A model generated the notes under the pieces. It worked only from the letters and a program-made list of their open reading frames with translations, had not been told where the DNA came from and did not search any database. From NCBI RefSeq assembly GCF_001194135.2, contig NC_068986.1, positions 2,644,744-2,693,830 of the forward strand: DNA of 49,087 nt, read 5' to 3'. The translations under genes and the position numbers were made by a program. The stretch comes from Octopus bimaculoides. Its lineage: Eukaryota. Shown here one piece after another: positions 35,207 to 46,063 of this stretch (positions within the stretch are counted from its first letter, which is position 1; the number at the start of each line of letters is the position of its first letter).

Positions 35207-38200
35207 ACAATTTGTTAAATATTTCACTTTTCTTTCTTATTTTGCAGATATTGTCTTCACTTCAGGAGGAACTGAGGTAATTCGGCAATTCTTTGATTAA
35301 TTCATTTTTTCACATAAACTAATATTTATTATTTAATTACCATATTTGCTGGCATAAAAGATGCATCCCAGTTTGAAGATTATGTCTTTTAAGAAAAAAC
35401 AATGTTTTTAGTGCATTAAAGCTTATGGGAGACTCAAACTGAGGTGACATTTTGAGACATTTTTTTTGGTGTGTTGTGTGTGTGTGTGAGGGGGAGTACC
35501 TCTTACATGCAATTAAATACAGTAAGTTTTTAATAGGTTCTTATTGTAGAAACATTCTATGTATTGTTTTTTTTTTATCAAAGTTAATGAATGGTGATGC
35601 CATTGGTTACAGTTTGTAACAGACAAATGACTGATTTTATTGCGTTTCTGATAGTGACAGTGACAAGAGATTGTTTGTGTTACTCTGGCAACACAAATGT
35701 CACACACAGCATTTTATTTGAAATCACTGGTTTATTTACTAATAATATAGGAATACATACAAAGACACACACACACACACACACTAGATATGTGGGGGCT
35801 GTGAATAATTGACTGACAATGACTTTTGTTAAATTTACAACAGGCAAACTGAATAGCATTGTTGTTCTTCTCTTGTTTCTGAATCATGTGATATGTCGTC
35901 TGCTCTTTACACCATGTGTCCTGTCCTTCCTCTGAGAGACAGGGAAGGGATGGATATTGCCATGGAGAGGGATGGAAGAAAAAAGAGACAGATACTGCTA
36001 CCTGTATCAGAGGCGAGGCCAAGTCATCAGCATCACTCAGGCTCATCACAGAAGTTCATGTTTCTAGCCCCAAGTGGTTTATTTCTTATATCTAGCACTT
36101 TGTTTTTCTCTATTCCTAAGTTAGGGATCAAAATAAAGCAACCCTGCAAAACACAGCTGGTCTTATACTGATCATATACACATTTAACTTTTTTCAGTTT
36201 CTGCCTTTGCTAAAATCAAAGTCTAGTCTCTTTTCTGATCAGCTTAATATCTGATACAGTCCCTTGTTGGGGGCCATCAATATTAAACTGATCTGTAGAA
36301 GTAGGCAAAGAGTTAGGGGGCTTGCTCCATCTGCGTTACAGGTTGGCCTGGTATTGCAGCACCTCCAGGACACAACCCATGGTTGTATAGAATGTGGGCA
36401 TTAAGTAATGATGATGATTAGGATGATAACAATGATGACATATACTTATATTTAAAATTTTTTTTTTCCCCCCAGGCAAACAACATGATTTTGCAGACTG
36501 CTGTCAAATACTTCAATGAGCATTGCTTTCCTGATATGTCTGAGATCTATAATGATAAACCAATCCTACCACACTTCATCACCTCCAACCTGGAACATGA
36601 TTCAGTGAAAGAAGTCCTTGAACATTTTGTGAAAACCAACACTGCAGGTTAGCTGTCCTTCTCAATATCTTTGGTCTTTTTTTTAACTCTATTAACTTCT
36701 TTTCTTTCACTAGCGCCCTCTCAATCTTTCCTTCCCATTTTGTCCCTCTCTCTCTCCTCTTTCATTGTATTTATCTAAGCCTACATTATTTGCACAAACA
36801 CTATACATCCAAACATGCATAAACACGCATGTACATATACAAACAGATGCCGAGCTAAAAGCAGCAACCAAATCTCCTTCAAATCATATCCTACTGCATT
36901 AAGAAAGAGAAGGACATATTAGACAGTGTAATCTACCTTATGGTTATGAGTCCAACACCCTGACCACTAGGCCACACACTGTCACGTGCATACACTTAAA
37001 TAAATAAACATATATAAACACGTGTTCATACACATTTTCCTTTCCTTTCCAGTGATTTTTAGAGGCCTTGTTTAAAAATGTCTTTTCTAATTTGCTATTA
37101 TTCTTCTGAGCCTTTTGGTCATTTTTCAGAATGTCTTTATAATCCTTCCATTTCATTTTATTGGCCACTGTTCAAATAATAGAGTACTGTTCTGTATTTC
37201 TTGCAGAAGTTACCTTCGTTGGTGCCTCACGTCAAACTGGCTGCATCCAACCGGAGGATATAATCAAGAAAATACGCCCTAACACTATCATGGTTTCTGT
37301 TATGGCTGCCAATAACATTACAGGCATTATACAGGTTAGTGTGGACAACGTCAAATTACTTCTTAAAAAACTTTACACCTTCTTCAAATACTTTTTAATG
37401 GTATTAAATCACCTCTCAAAAACTTTGTTTGTTATAGCCTATCGCAAAGATATGTGAATCTGTTCGAGCTGTTGAAAGGGAGCATGGTGAAACTCAACGA
37501 ATTCTGGTTCATACAGATGCTGCTCAGATTTTGGGGAAAGTTGAAACCAGTGTTAAGGAAATGGATGTTGACTACATGACTATTGTTGGGCACAAGGTAA
37601 ACATTTTTTTTCCCTTCAGATATATTTCTATATGTATGTGATGGATGAGCAAAAATAAGAAAACAGTACAAGAGGGGTAATTTTTTACAAAAGTATTATT
37701 TGTATAATACTTGAAGGGAAAAGGTCATTAACGTTTTGGATGGAAATCCTTCATCAGAAAAAAAGGGAAAAGTGGTAGAAAGAAGGGAAGATAAAAACAA
37801 AGGAAGAAAGAAAAAGTTCAGGAGTCAAATGGGAATGCAGTTCTATGAGGAGGTTAAATATAGATAGGGTGAGGGATGGCAGTGTGGTTCAGAAGTTCTC
37901 TTTACAACCATGTGAGCTTAGGTTCGAGGCTACTCAGTGGCATCTTGGGCAAGTGTCTTCTGCTGTTGTCTCATGTCAACTAATGTCTTGTGAATGAAAT
38001 TGGAAAGTGTATGGAAGTCCATAAAATGTGTGTGTGTGAGTGAAAGTTGTCATTTCTACTTCTCACATGAGGTTGTCTGAGAATCATGTTTACATGCCTG
38101 GTGAATATATTAACATCCAGTAGCTCTGTACCATCAAAACAGTGGAATAAAAAGGTTTGTGGCAGTAAAAATACTGCCTCAAATAAGTACCCACCTGACC

Positions 38201-41200
38201 CATGCTGGCTTAGAAAAACATGTAACAAACAAATGAACATTTATTTAATTTTCTTTCTGTATAAGCCATCTTTATACAATGTGTACACAATGTAAACTCC
38301 CTGTTGGTTTTCACAATAAGCATTCCAGTTCTCAGATCAACAGAACTGCTTTCTCAATGGATTATAATGTAAGTGGCTGAGTATTCCACAGATATTTGTA
38401 TATCCTTAACATAATCCGCTGGCAGAATCTGCATGACACTTTTTTAAACACAAGTACAGTCTCTTTGACAGTTTCCTTCTACCAGGCTAGGTATGGATCA
38501 CCCTGATATGGATCACCCTGACAGTAAAAGACACTTAGCATATATTTGGATTGAATTGGGACCAAGTGAACTTGATTATGGCCATTCAACCTGATCAGAA
38601 TTAAATGGTTGTTGTCTGTTTTCCTCTTTCACTATTTATGTTTTTGTTATCACCTTTTCTTTTGTGTGTTTCTTTGCAAACCTTAGTTTTATGGACCCCG
38701 AATTGGTGCTGTATTCGCTCGTGATTTAGGAACTCAAGCACACCTTTACTCACTTCTGAAAGGCGGATGCCAAGAGCATGGTTATAGACCTGGGTAAGTA
38801 GCTGTTATCAAGATTCTTGGGATTTTATTTTACTAGTTTTTAATCTTTGGGATCCAAAGAGTATTCTGCTGTATTTCAGCTTCTTAATATTTATTTGACG
38901 ATACAATATTACAATAATGGTGTCAACAATGATGATGATTGGTGGTTGTATCATGGTTTTTGGTGATGGCAATAGTGATTGGTGACAGTGTAATAATTGC
39001 AATTAGTTAATTGTCTCTATTACGTTTAACATTTGAAATTTTTGCAAGCAGATACAGCAGGGAATTGTTTGTGCCCCGAGCTACTTGCCTAATTAGTTTA
39101 TGTTCATCATTTTAAGTTATTAACCTAATGTTTTCCCAAATTGGTCATCCTGTCTTTTTTTTATTTTAACCTCTGGGTCATATTGGTTTGGCTTAGAAGA
39201 GGAATCGAGATGCATGTAATTGTCAGAGAAAAGGAATTTACATGAGGTAGACATAAACTTAGAAAAGCATATTAAAAAGTGGCTAGAAAAGTTACAGCAT
39301 ACAAATACCCAATTAGACACACACATAGCCAAATATACACATATACTCAAAAACACGTACACACTAACACACACACACACACACACANNNNNNNNNNNNN
39401 NNNNNNNNNNNNNNNNNNNNNNNNNNNNNNNNNNNNNNNNNNNNNNNNNNNNNNNNNNNNNNNNNNNNNNNNNNNNNNNNNNNNNNNNNNNNNNNNNNNN
39501 NNNNNNNNNNNNNNNNNNNNNNNNNNNNNNNNNNNNNNNNNNNNNATATATGCACATAGCCAAACCCGTACACACTGAAATCCGTACACATACTCAAATC
39601 CATACACTCAAATATGCACACTCACACATTCATTCACAAATATCCTTCGATTATTTCTCAATTTCATATTTCTTTGATTATAGAACTGAAAATACTGCCA
39701 TGATTGTTGGTTTAGGAATGGTAAGTTATTTTTTCTTCTTCTTAAAAATGAACTTCTTTTTTTTACTTCAGCTTAGGTTCATTGTAGATGTATTCGTGTG
39801 TTTACATGTTAAATATAGAAACACATTTTACTGTCTTCTTTAGAACTTGAGAAGTAGTGGGTTTCATTGAATAAATCTGAAGAGTATCTTCATTGTTCAT
39901 GTCTTTAAATTGAAATAAATCTTGTGCTGTTCCTATGTGTAATGTAATCAATTATCTTTGAGTAGATATGTTATTCGTCCAACCCATGCTAGCATGGAAA
40001 GCGGACATTAAACGATGATGATGATGAGACATGATAGTTCGTGATAATTTTCTTGAAAGATAATAGCAGTTTTTCACTTCATGTTTTCTTGTACTATATA
40101 TTTATATATAGATGTATATTTATATACATCTATATATAGATAGATATGTATATTGTCCGTTGTGGTGTGGTTTGTAGATTTCTTTTGATATTTTTACTAA
40201 CGAATCTAAATCTTCATAATTACTTTTGTGTTTGTTACAGGCCTGCACCCTCGTGAAACACAATATTGCTGAGTATGAACATTATATGGAAGAAATACGA
40301 AATTATCTGGAAGAGAAACTTGAGGTGCTGAAGCTTTTCCTAATTCCCTTTTTTTCATGTCTATATTAGATGTTGTTGGTGGGTAGGTGGGTGGGGTTAT
40401 TTCAAAGAAAGTGTTCTGAAAGCATAATTGCCAGAATAAGAGAAGGCAAGGAAAAGTCCAGGAAGCTGTTACCTCAGCTAGCAACAACAAGATTTCCACT
40501 TAATCCTAATCTTTTAGCATTTATACCAGCTATATCAGGCTGAGGTATTTTATGTGTTTTATGTTTGAACTGGCCAAATCCAGTTTTTCACATGCATCAT
40601 CAAAATTTTGAAACTTTGGGATAATGCATAATTAATTTGAAATAATGAGAATGAAGAAGTATTACACTCAACTCTTATTCAATGATTAACAATTAATCAA
40701 CACTTATAGTCAATACTTGTATTTAGTATGTCATTGTTCCACGACAGTGTGAGAATGAATTTAAGCATTGATTAAGTGTCAGATGTGTGGTAGTTTAGCT
40801 AGTGAATGCAAGTTGAGTAATCCCTGGGTCAGCCAATCCGTATATACTCTGGTTGAAACAAATAAACTTAGTGGTATCTTGAGAAGTAAATTAAGTAAGG
40901 AGAATCTCTCTGGGATGAACAATTAAATGAGAACAGTCATAAAAGAACAGAAATAAGAGTTTCATTTCCAAATGTCAAGAACATTACTTAGTAAGACAAA
41001 GTACCTGAAGATGACCATAGAATACAATGACTGGAAACATTGTGGATCCAGTAGCCTAGAGGAGGAATTTGTTCTCTTCTCAGAAATTTGATAAAATTTT
41101 GGAACTCACACATTTCTACTTCATGTTTTCTTGTACTATAGTGAACTCTGTAAAGTTTAGGTTAGTTTCTGGTAAACCATTTTTCTGTTCTTTAAGTTTG

Positions 41201-44200
41201 CTTGCATTGATAAGGCTCTTGGGAAAAGCATGAACCTCACAGATCCCCATTGCTTTCCTCCAATACATTAGAAACCTGTGCCATTTTTATCCATCCATCC
41301 ATCCGTCTTCTCCACCCACTATTCTTAAGAGGGCTGTTGGGATAGAGCCCTTAGGGACCTACCAGAAGCAACTGTCATTAGACTTTCTGGTTGGACTCTC
41401 AAGCTCGACCAACTGAGACCATGGATATTATCCATCCATCTTGTTCTTGGTCTACTTGTAGATCTCCTGTTGGTTGGCTTAGCTTGAAGAATTTGTTTTG
41501 CAATTCTTTCCTGCAACATTCTAACCACATATCTTTAGTACCAGATCTATGATCTCCCAATGTTGCGTTGGATTTGGGTGGCAGGAATGCATAGTGTCGT
41601 CTCTCCTTTTCATAATTTTTATGAGCTGGGTTGACATGCATCCTATTGTGGATGTGATATCACAATCAGTGAGTATAGGATTGGTCAGCCAATTTTAAGA
41701 AATCTTAAATTTTTTTGTTTTTCATCCAGGAAGCTTTTGGTGCAGATAATGTAAAGTTTAATGGTCGAATACCTGGTGTTCCCAGACTGCCAAACACATG
41801 TAATGTTTCCATATTAGATGGACATTTGGAAGGTAAGTTTTCTTATGTGATTTGTTATATTTTAATCCTGGATTTGTTTTGACTTGTTTTTAAATTCTGG
41901 TAGCAGACGTAGTTAGAATGTTAAATTTATTAGTCAAATATAAATAATGTAAATAATGTACCATTATTATTATTAGTTAACAGCCATTTTCCATGTTGCA
42001 TGAGTTAGATGGATCAACAAGATCCAGTAAGCCACAGGACTACTTCGTATTCCAGGCATGTGATTAAACATTCTGAATGCTCCAAGTTGGTGGAACCTGT
42101 AGAAAAGAGTGACCAAAGAAGACATTGGTCAATGTGGTAGAGACTGATGTGAGGGGAGCGAACCTCACGAGGGACATGACCAGTGACTATGGCTTGTAGT
42201 GGAAGCAATGTTAGACTGGACATACTTAACCCATTCAGTCATAGAAAAACAAGTTTAAAGATGATGATGTTGGTCATGGTGGTGATGGAGATTGGCTTGT
42301 GTATTATTTACATTTGGGTCCATACCATTAATTCCTGCTAGTTTCCAGATGTTTAGATGTAGCAACCTTTACATAATTAACAGAAATAAAACCAAGATGG
42401 GAGTGCATCATCGTATGATTTCTTATTATAATAAGAGATACCAAAATTTATATTTTACTGCACTGTTCATCCATTGATTATTCGCATAACAATGTCACAT
42501 TATCAAAAAGATGTATAAATCACTATTCCTTCAGTTCTATATTTAAGAGATGAGGAATTATTTACATTATTTACATTATTTACATTTGACGGATATTTGT
42601 CCTCATCTTGTTTGTTGTCAACACAACGTTTCGGCTGATATACCCTCCAGCCTTCGTCAGGTGTCTTGGGGAAATTTCGAACCTGGGTTCTCATTCCTAA
42701 CGATGTTACTATTATTATATTATTATTATTATTACTATTATTAATCAGGTCGCTGCCATGAATCGAACTCGGAACCTTGGGGTTAGTAGCCCGCGCTCTT
42801 AACCACTACGCCATTCTAACTAATAGTAATAATAATAATAGTAACATCGTTAGGAATGAGAACCCAGGTTCGAAATTTCCCCGAGACACCTGACGAAGGC
42901 TGGAGGGTATATCAGCCGAAACGTTGTGTTGACAACAAACAAGACGAGGACAAATATCCGTCAAATGTAAATAATGTAAATAATGTCACTATTCCTTGTT
43001 GCTTTTTTATTTATATTTTTGTATATAAGAGCTGAAATTTATGTGAATAGGACCATTGTCTTTTGTAAGGATTAATATTATACATTTGTACTTGTAGATT
43101 TATACTTCTGTATTTATTTGTTTCCAGGTAGAAAAATATTGTCCCATGTAAAGTTAATTAAGGCCAGTGTTGGAGCTGCATGTCATTCGAGTGATAAAAA
43201 CAGGTGAGACTAATTATCAAAGTTTGTGGTTCAATACATGAAAGAACATATTTAATGCGGTTTGTAAAATGTTCAGGCTTATACTGTTTCATTGAATTCC
43301 TTGTGGCTAAGTAAGTCATGGAACTTGAGCTCAATCATTAAATGTTTAACTCTTTAGTATTTAAACTGATAATATCTGGACCCATGTATTTTTTTTTTTT
43401 CCTTCTTTGTTCAGACTGGCCAGATCCAGCCTCTTGCGTTTACCCTACATTGTCATTCTAAAAATTAACAATCATAACCTCGAAATCCTGATGCTACAAG
43501 ATAATACATGTTTAATTCAATGTGAATAAATAAGCATTACATTTCACAGGGTCATTAAAATGCTAATTGGTTAAGCAAGTTTCTTCATCGTTTACTTTAG
43601 TTCTGTCCTGGTAGAAATCATCCTTAGTGCCAAGGAAGTGGATTAGCTGTAAAACCTGTTCCTAGAACACAAGTTTATCTAACAATACTAACATAAAAAA
43701 ACAAATGTTAAAAACAGTATTAATAACTAGTTAGTGATTGAAGTTAACATGTACTGTTGACATCGTGGAAATAAGATTCAAAGCTTAGCAAGCACTGTTT
43801 AATATTTCAGGATAAGCAATATTTTGGCAGTTTCAGTTCTGTTGTTAGAATCAGGTACCCTTTCTGCTTCATAGTTGAGGGGATTAACAAAATATATCCA
43901 ACTCCAAAACCAGCTGTTCCAATTAACAAATTTTGCAAAACCAAAAGATTAGATTTTGAAAACTTTTCTTCGTTTTAACAGCATAATAAAAGAAGACAGT
44001 TACTAAAAATCAGTTTTATTTACAGAAGTATTTCACTCGTATGATACTGACAAATGTGGTTCAATATTTTTAAATGATATTGACAAATGTTGTTTGATAT
44101 TTGTCACATTGTAATTGTTCTGGGTGACACTGTGGGAAAATGATGCAACTTTTATTTGGAAAACTGATATCATGTTAACGCAGGCAGCTGGGTCAACAGG

Positions 44201-44983
44201 ATATCAAGATATCATTGGGTCCACAATGTTCATCCCTTGATATTTCACTATTTAACCCTTTAGCATTCAGATTACTCTGTCAAATGTAATGCTTATTTAT
44301 TTACATAATTTTGAACTAGTCATGCATTATCTCGTAGCTTTAGTGTTTTGATGATGTGATTGTTTATTTTTAGAACGACATTGTAGTGTAAATACAAGAG
44401 GCCAGAGCTGACATAAAATAGATAGAATATTTGGGCCAGATATGGTCGGTTTATGTACTAAAGAGATAAGTCTTGCTTGCTCAGGTCTATTTGTAAATAA
44501 GAACCATGAAATTGATGCTGCTCATTGCTGTAGACATGGGAAACCACTCTGTAATTGCTAAGCATTTTGTTATCTATCTGTACAGATTTTGAGTAACAGG
44601 AATCCATTCCAGTGTATTATTGCACGAAAATCCTGCAAATGTTTTATCAACAAGGTCACCAAGCACCATTTATAATTTGATGCAGTTGCTTTATTATATT
44701 CATGTACACTTATAGGGTTGTAAACTACGGATGATATGGGCATAAGTCTAAATCTTACTGAAGCTTTTGTGACTCTGAGCAGAGCATACGCATATAACTT
44801 TGCTTGCTGCAGATTTCTCGATGGCCAAGAAACAGTTTTCACTCTTCCATCACAGTTAAGAAAATTCTTTTACTAGTAAGATAGAGAATTCAGCTGTAAA
44901 ACTGAAATGTTTGTACACACTCGTGTGTATGCATATATGTGTGTGCATGTTGTATAAACAGCTGTAGAAACTCNNNNNNNNNN

Positions 44984-45019
<36 letters not shown>

Positions 45020-45237
45020 GTATATCATATATGCATACATTCTCTTTTTCATTTCTTTTTTCCAGTGTTAATAGTGTCCTATTAGCCTCAGGTATTCCAG
45101 AAGATGTGGCTAAAAGTTCCATCCGCTTATCGGTCGGGCGTGAGACCTCCTTAAATGACATTGCCATTGCTGTAGAAGATCTGAAACAAGCCGTGTCTCT
45201 GGCGAAATCCAAGGATGCTGCTGCTGATACTGATTGA
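21322..45237 (+). CDS. SCLY: Selenocysteine lyase, 13 exons, 446 aa: join(21322..21398,31718..31842,33041..33112,35248..35276,36476..36647,37207..37334,37438..37596,38687..38793,39684..39720,40241..40324,41730..41832,43128..43203,45066..45237)
   Basis: All GT-AG, frame-consistent, 1341 nt including stop. Class-V PLP motifs [22 protein letters not shown] and TIVGHK (PLP lysine at 37594-37596); catalytic SVGAACHS (Cys at 43181-43183). EHDS carries the Asp typical of SCLY, whereas NFS1 has EHK and SSGSACTS. Confidence 0.95.
21752..21906. mobile_element. hAT-like MITE, degenerate
   Basis: TIRs CAGGCATGGGCAAC / GTTGCCCGTGACTG; TSD not preserved. Confidence 0.55.
22762..23193. repeat. Foldback/MITE-like inverted repeat enclosing (TA)n
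   Basis: Arms 22789-22825 and 23125-23161 are 37-bp reverse complements with 2 mismatches; weaker similarity extends outward. Related sequence at 19960-20230. Confidence 0.7.
25148..25298. mobile_element. hAT-superfamily MITE
   Basis: Perfect 14-bp TIR CAGTGGTTTCCAAC / GTTGGAAACCACTG and perfect 8-bp TSD GTTTATAC (25140-25147, 25299-25306). Confidence 0.9.
26789..26935 (+). mobile_element. tRNA-derived SINE
   Basis: GGCACATGACTTAGTGGTTAGAGTGTTGGACTCA head; same family as 19725 and 31927. Confidence 0.7.
28847..29068 (+). mobile_element. SINE with 18-bp TSD
   Basis: TAATTTAATGTCTACTTT at 28829-28846 and 29069-29086 flanks a full copy of the family seen reversed at 16530-16750. Confidence 0.85.
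30250..30800 (-). mobile_element. Degenerate CR1/L2-group LINE 3' fragment
   Basis: Minus-strand translation [18 protein letters not shown]...STHLS...FPTFVFP resembles the C-terminus of CR1-group ORF2; frameshifted. Confidence 0.5.
31112..31420 (+). repeat. Longest local copy of the (CAT)n-headed dispersed repeat
   Basis: CATCATCATTTAACGTCCGTTTTCCATGCTGGCATGGGTTGGACGGTTTGAC; matches the copies at 234-300 and 39976-40026. Confidence 0.75.
31718..31842 (+). CDS. SCLY: SCLY exon 2
   Basis: [10 protein letters not shown]...WFNPSS; tgtacag| acceptor and G|gtaagt donor. Confidence 0.93.
31927..32095 (+). mobile_element. tRNA-derived SINE, degenerate
   Basis: GCACATGACCTAGTGGTCAGTGTGTTGCAC head and TCCTTGAGCAA core. 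Confidence 0.65.
33041..33112 (+). CDS. SCLY: SCLY exon 3
   Basis: [18 protein letters not shown]; phase 1-1. Confidence 0.92.
35138..35205 (+). repeat. (GAT)n microsatellite just upstream of SCLY exon 4
   Basis: About 21 GAT units. Confidence 0.95.
35248..35276 (+). CDS. SCLY: SCLY exon 4 (29 bp)
   Basis: [10 protein letters not shown]. Confidence 0.93.
36195..36379 (+). pseudogene. U2 snRNA pseudogene in SCLY intron 4
   Basis: Colinear with U2 from GCCTTTGCTAAAATCAAAGTCTAGTC...ATCAGCTTAATATCTGATAC to GCTTGCTCC...CCTGGTATTGCAGCACCTCCAGG. Branch-point pairing region (GTGTAGTA to GTCTAGTC) and Sm site are mutated. Confidence 0.88.
36476..36647 (+). CDS. SCLY: SCLY exon 5
   Basis: ANNMIL...[13 protein letters not shown]. 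Confidence 0.95.
37207..37334 (+). CDS. SCLY: SCLY exon 6
   Basis: EVTFV...[21 protein letters not shown]. Confidence 0.93.
37438..37596 (+). CDS. SCLY: SCLY exon 7
   Basis: [13 protein letters not shown]...DYMTIVGHK. Confidence 0.95.
37875..38040 (+). mobile_element. SINE of a second tRNA-headed family (TTGGGCAAGTGTCTTCT core)
   Basis: Related copies at about 34465-34615 and 47362-47512. Confidence 0.6.
38687..38793 (+). CDS. SCLY: SCLY exon 8
   Basis: [10 protein letters not shown]...[11 protein letters not shown]. Confidence 0.95.
39684..39720 (+). CDS. SCLY: SCLY exon 9
   Basis: [12 protein letters not shown]. Confidence 0.93.
40241..40324 (+). CDS. SCLY: SCLY exon 10
   Basis: [28 protein letters not shown]. 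Confidence 0.92.
41328..41640 (-). mobile_element. RTE-like LINE RT C-terminal fragment
   Basis: [34 protein letters not shown] resembles the RTE-type motif GHV.RM...R..K......G.R..GRPR.RW.D. Confidence 0.6.
41730..41832 (+). CDS. SCLY: SCLY exon 11
   Basis: EAFG...[10 protein letters not shown]. Confidence 0.94.
42620..42665 (-). ncRNA. Minimal type-I hammerhead ribozyme motif (inverted copy)
   Basis: Exact reverse complement of 42885-42930. Confidence 0.75.
42885..42930 (+). ncRNA. Minimal type-I hammerhead ribozyme motif
   Basis: GACAC-CUGACGA-A-GGCUG(loop)CAGCC-GAAA-C-GUU-GUGUU: stem I GACAC/GUGUU, stem II GGCUG/CAGCC, palindromic ACGU stem III. Confidence 0.75.
43128..43203 (+). CDS. 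SCLY: SCLY exon 12 (catalytic Cys)
   Basis: ASVGAACHS. Confidence 0.95.
45066..45237 (+). CDS. SCLY: SCLY exon 13 (terminal)
   Basis: [24 protein letters not shown]...DLKQAV, stop TGA. Confidence 0.95.
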
Positions 45238-45597
45238 AGAGATGAAAACAATCTAAAGCTAACAAAACGTCTTTTCATGCTTGGTTCGGTGCTTTTTTTC
45301 TCTAATTATGTGATCTTTCTTGGAAGAATCATAATTGTAATAAAAAGAGAAATGTACACGTTTGTACCTTTTTTTTGGTCAAAGAAGAAGGGTTTTATAG
45401 ACACATGTTTACAAAATTTATGTAACTCTGTCTTGGAGTAGTGCAGAATAAATCCGTTTTCTAACACACAGTAATGGAGAAACAGATGATAAAAGGAATG
45501 GTTTTTCAGCAATAGCTTGTTAGTTTTATTACCCCTTATTTTCCTCCTGTAGGTTTTTAATATTTTTTTTATTTAAAAATTGTTTTTTTTTAAATAA

Positions 45598-45632
<35 letters not shown>

Positions 45633-46063
45633 TATAGTAATAGTAGTTGTAGTAGTAGCAGTAGTTTAAAAACATTCATTTCGTGGGTGGTTACTAAAAA
45701 TTTTTTATCTGTGATAACTTTGATTTAATTTATCCTGAAATTTTTATTATGCCTCTTTTAAGGTGAAATGGATGAAGAATGACATCGTATCTTAAGAGCT
45801 GTAACATTTTCGCTTTAGCCATTGCTTTGATTTTCACAGATTACGGGACATAAATGATAGCATTTATTGAATGTTTTAGATATTTTCCTTTAAAAACTTA
45901 AGTTGCTGACAGTAATTGTATTTTGCTGTAACCATAGGAACTAAGCAGAAGCTGAAATGAATGTGATGAAGCGGCAAGCTCCTGGAAGGGTAGTTGCAAG
46001 CGTACATCACTTGATCGGTGGTAGCTGAGATCATAAGGTGCGTTCACAGGCCTTTCACATAGT

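Larger units (their letters stand above)
42532..42985. mobile_element. Non-autonomous element: inverted Penelope-pLTR-like arms with hammerhead ribozymes around a tRNA-derived head, 12-bp TSD
   Basis: TSD TCACTATTCCTT at 42520-42531 and 42986-42997. Arms 42564-42718 and about 42833-42986 are near-perfect reverse complements. Minus-strand A box TGGCGTAGTGG and B box GAGTTCGATTC between them. Confidence 0.85.

Noticed and set aside
10041-39843. ORFs containing X runs and (TA)n, (CA)n or (CT)n translations
   Set aside because: Artefacts of N gaps (10102-10327, 17436-18086, 26196-26736, 34695-35088, 39388-39545) and microsatellites.
42503-42744. Short ORFs across the inverted element
   Set aside because: Translations of repeat sequence with no coding signal.
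42745-42816. Functional tRNA gene
   Set aside because: A and B boxes are present but there is no convincing acceptor stem, and it is embedded in a TSD-flanked repeat; it is a SINE-type head.
21322-45237. NFS1/IscS cysteine desulfurase
   Set aside because: EHDS and SVGAACHS match SCLY; NFS1 has EHK and SSGSACTS.
45238-45900. SECIS element in the SCLY 3' region
   Set aside because: The SCLY CDS has no in-frame UGA, and I saw no convincing AUGA/GA quartet hairpin.
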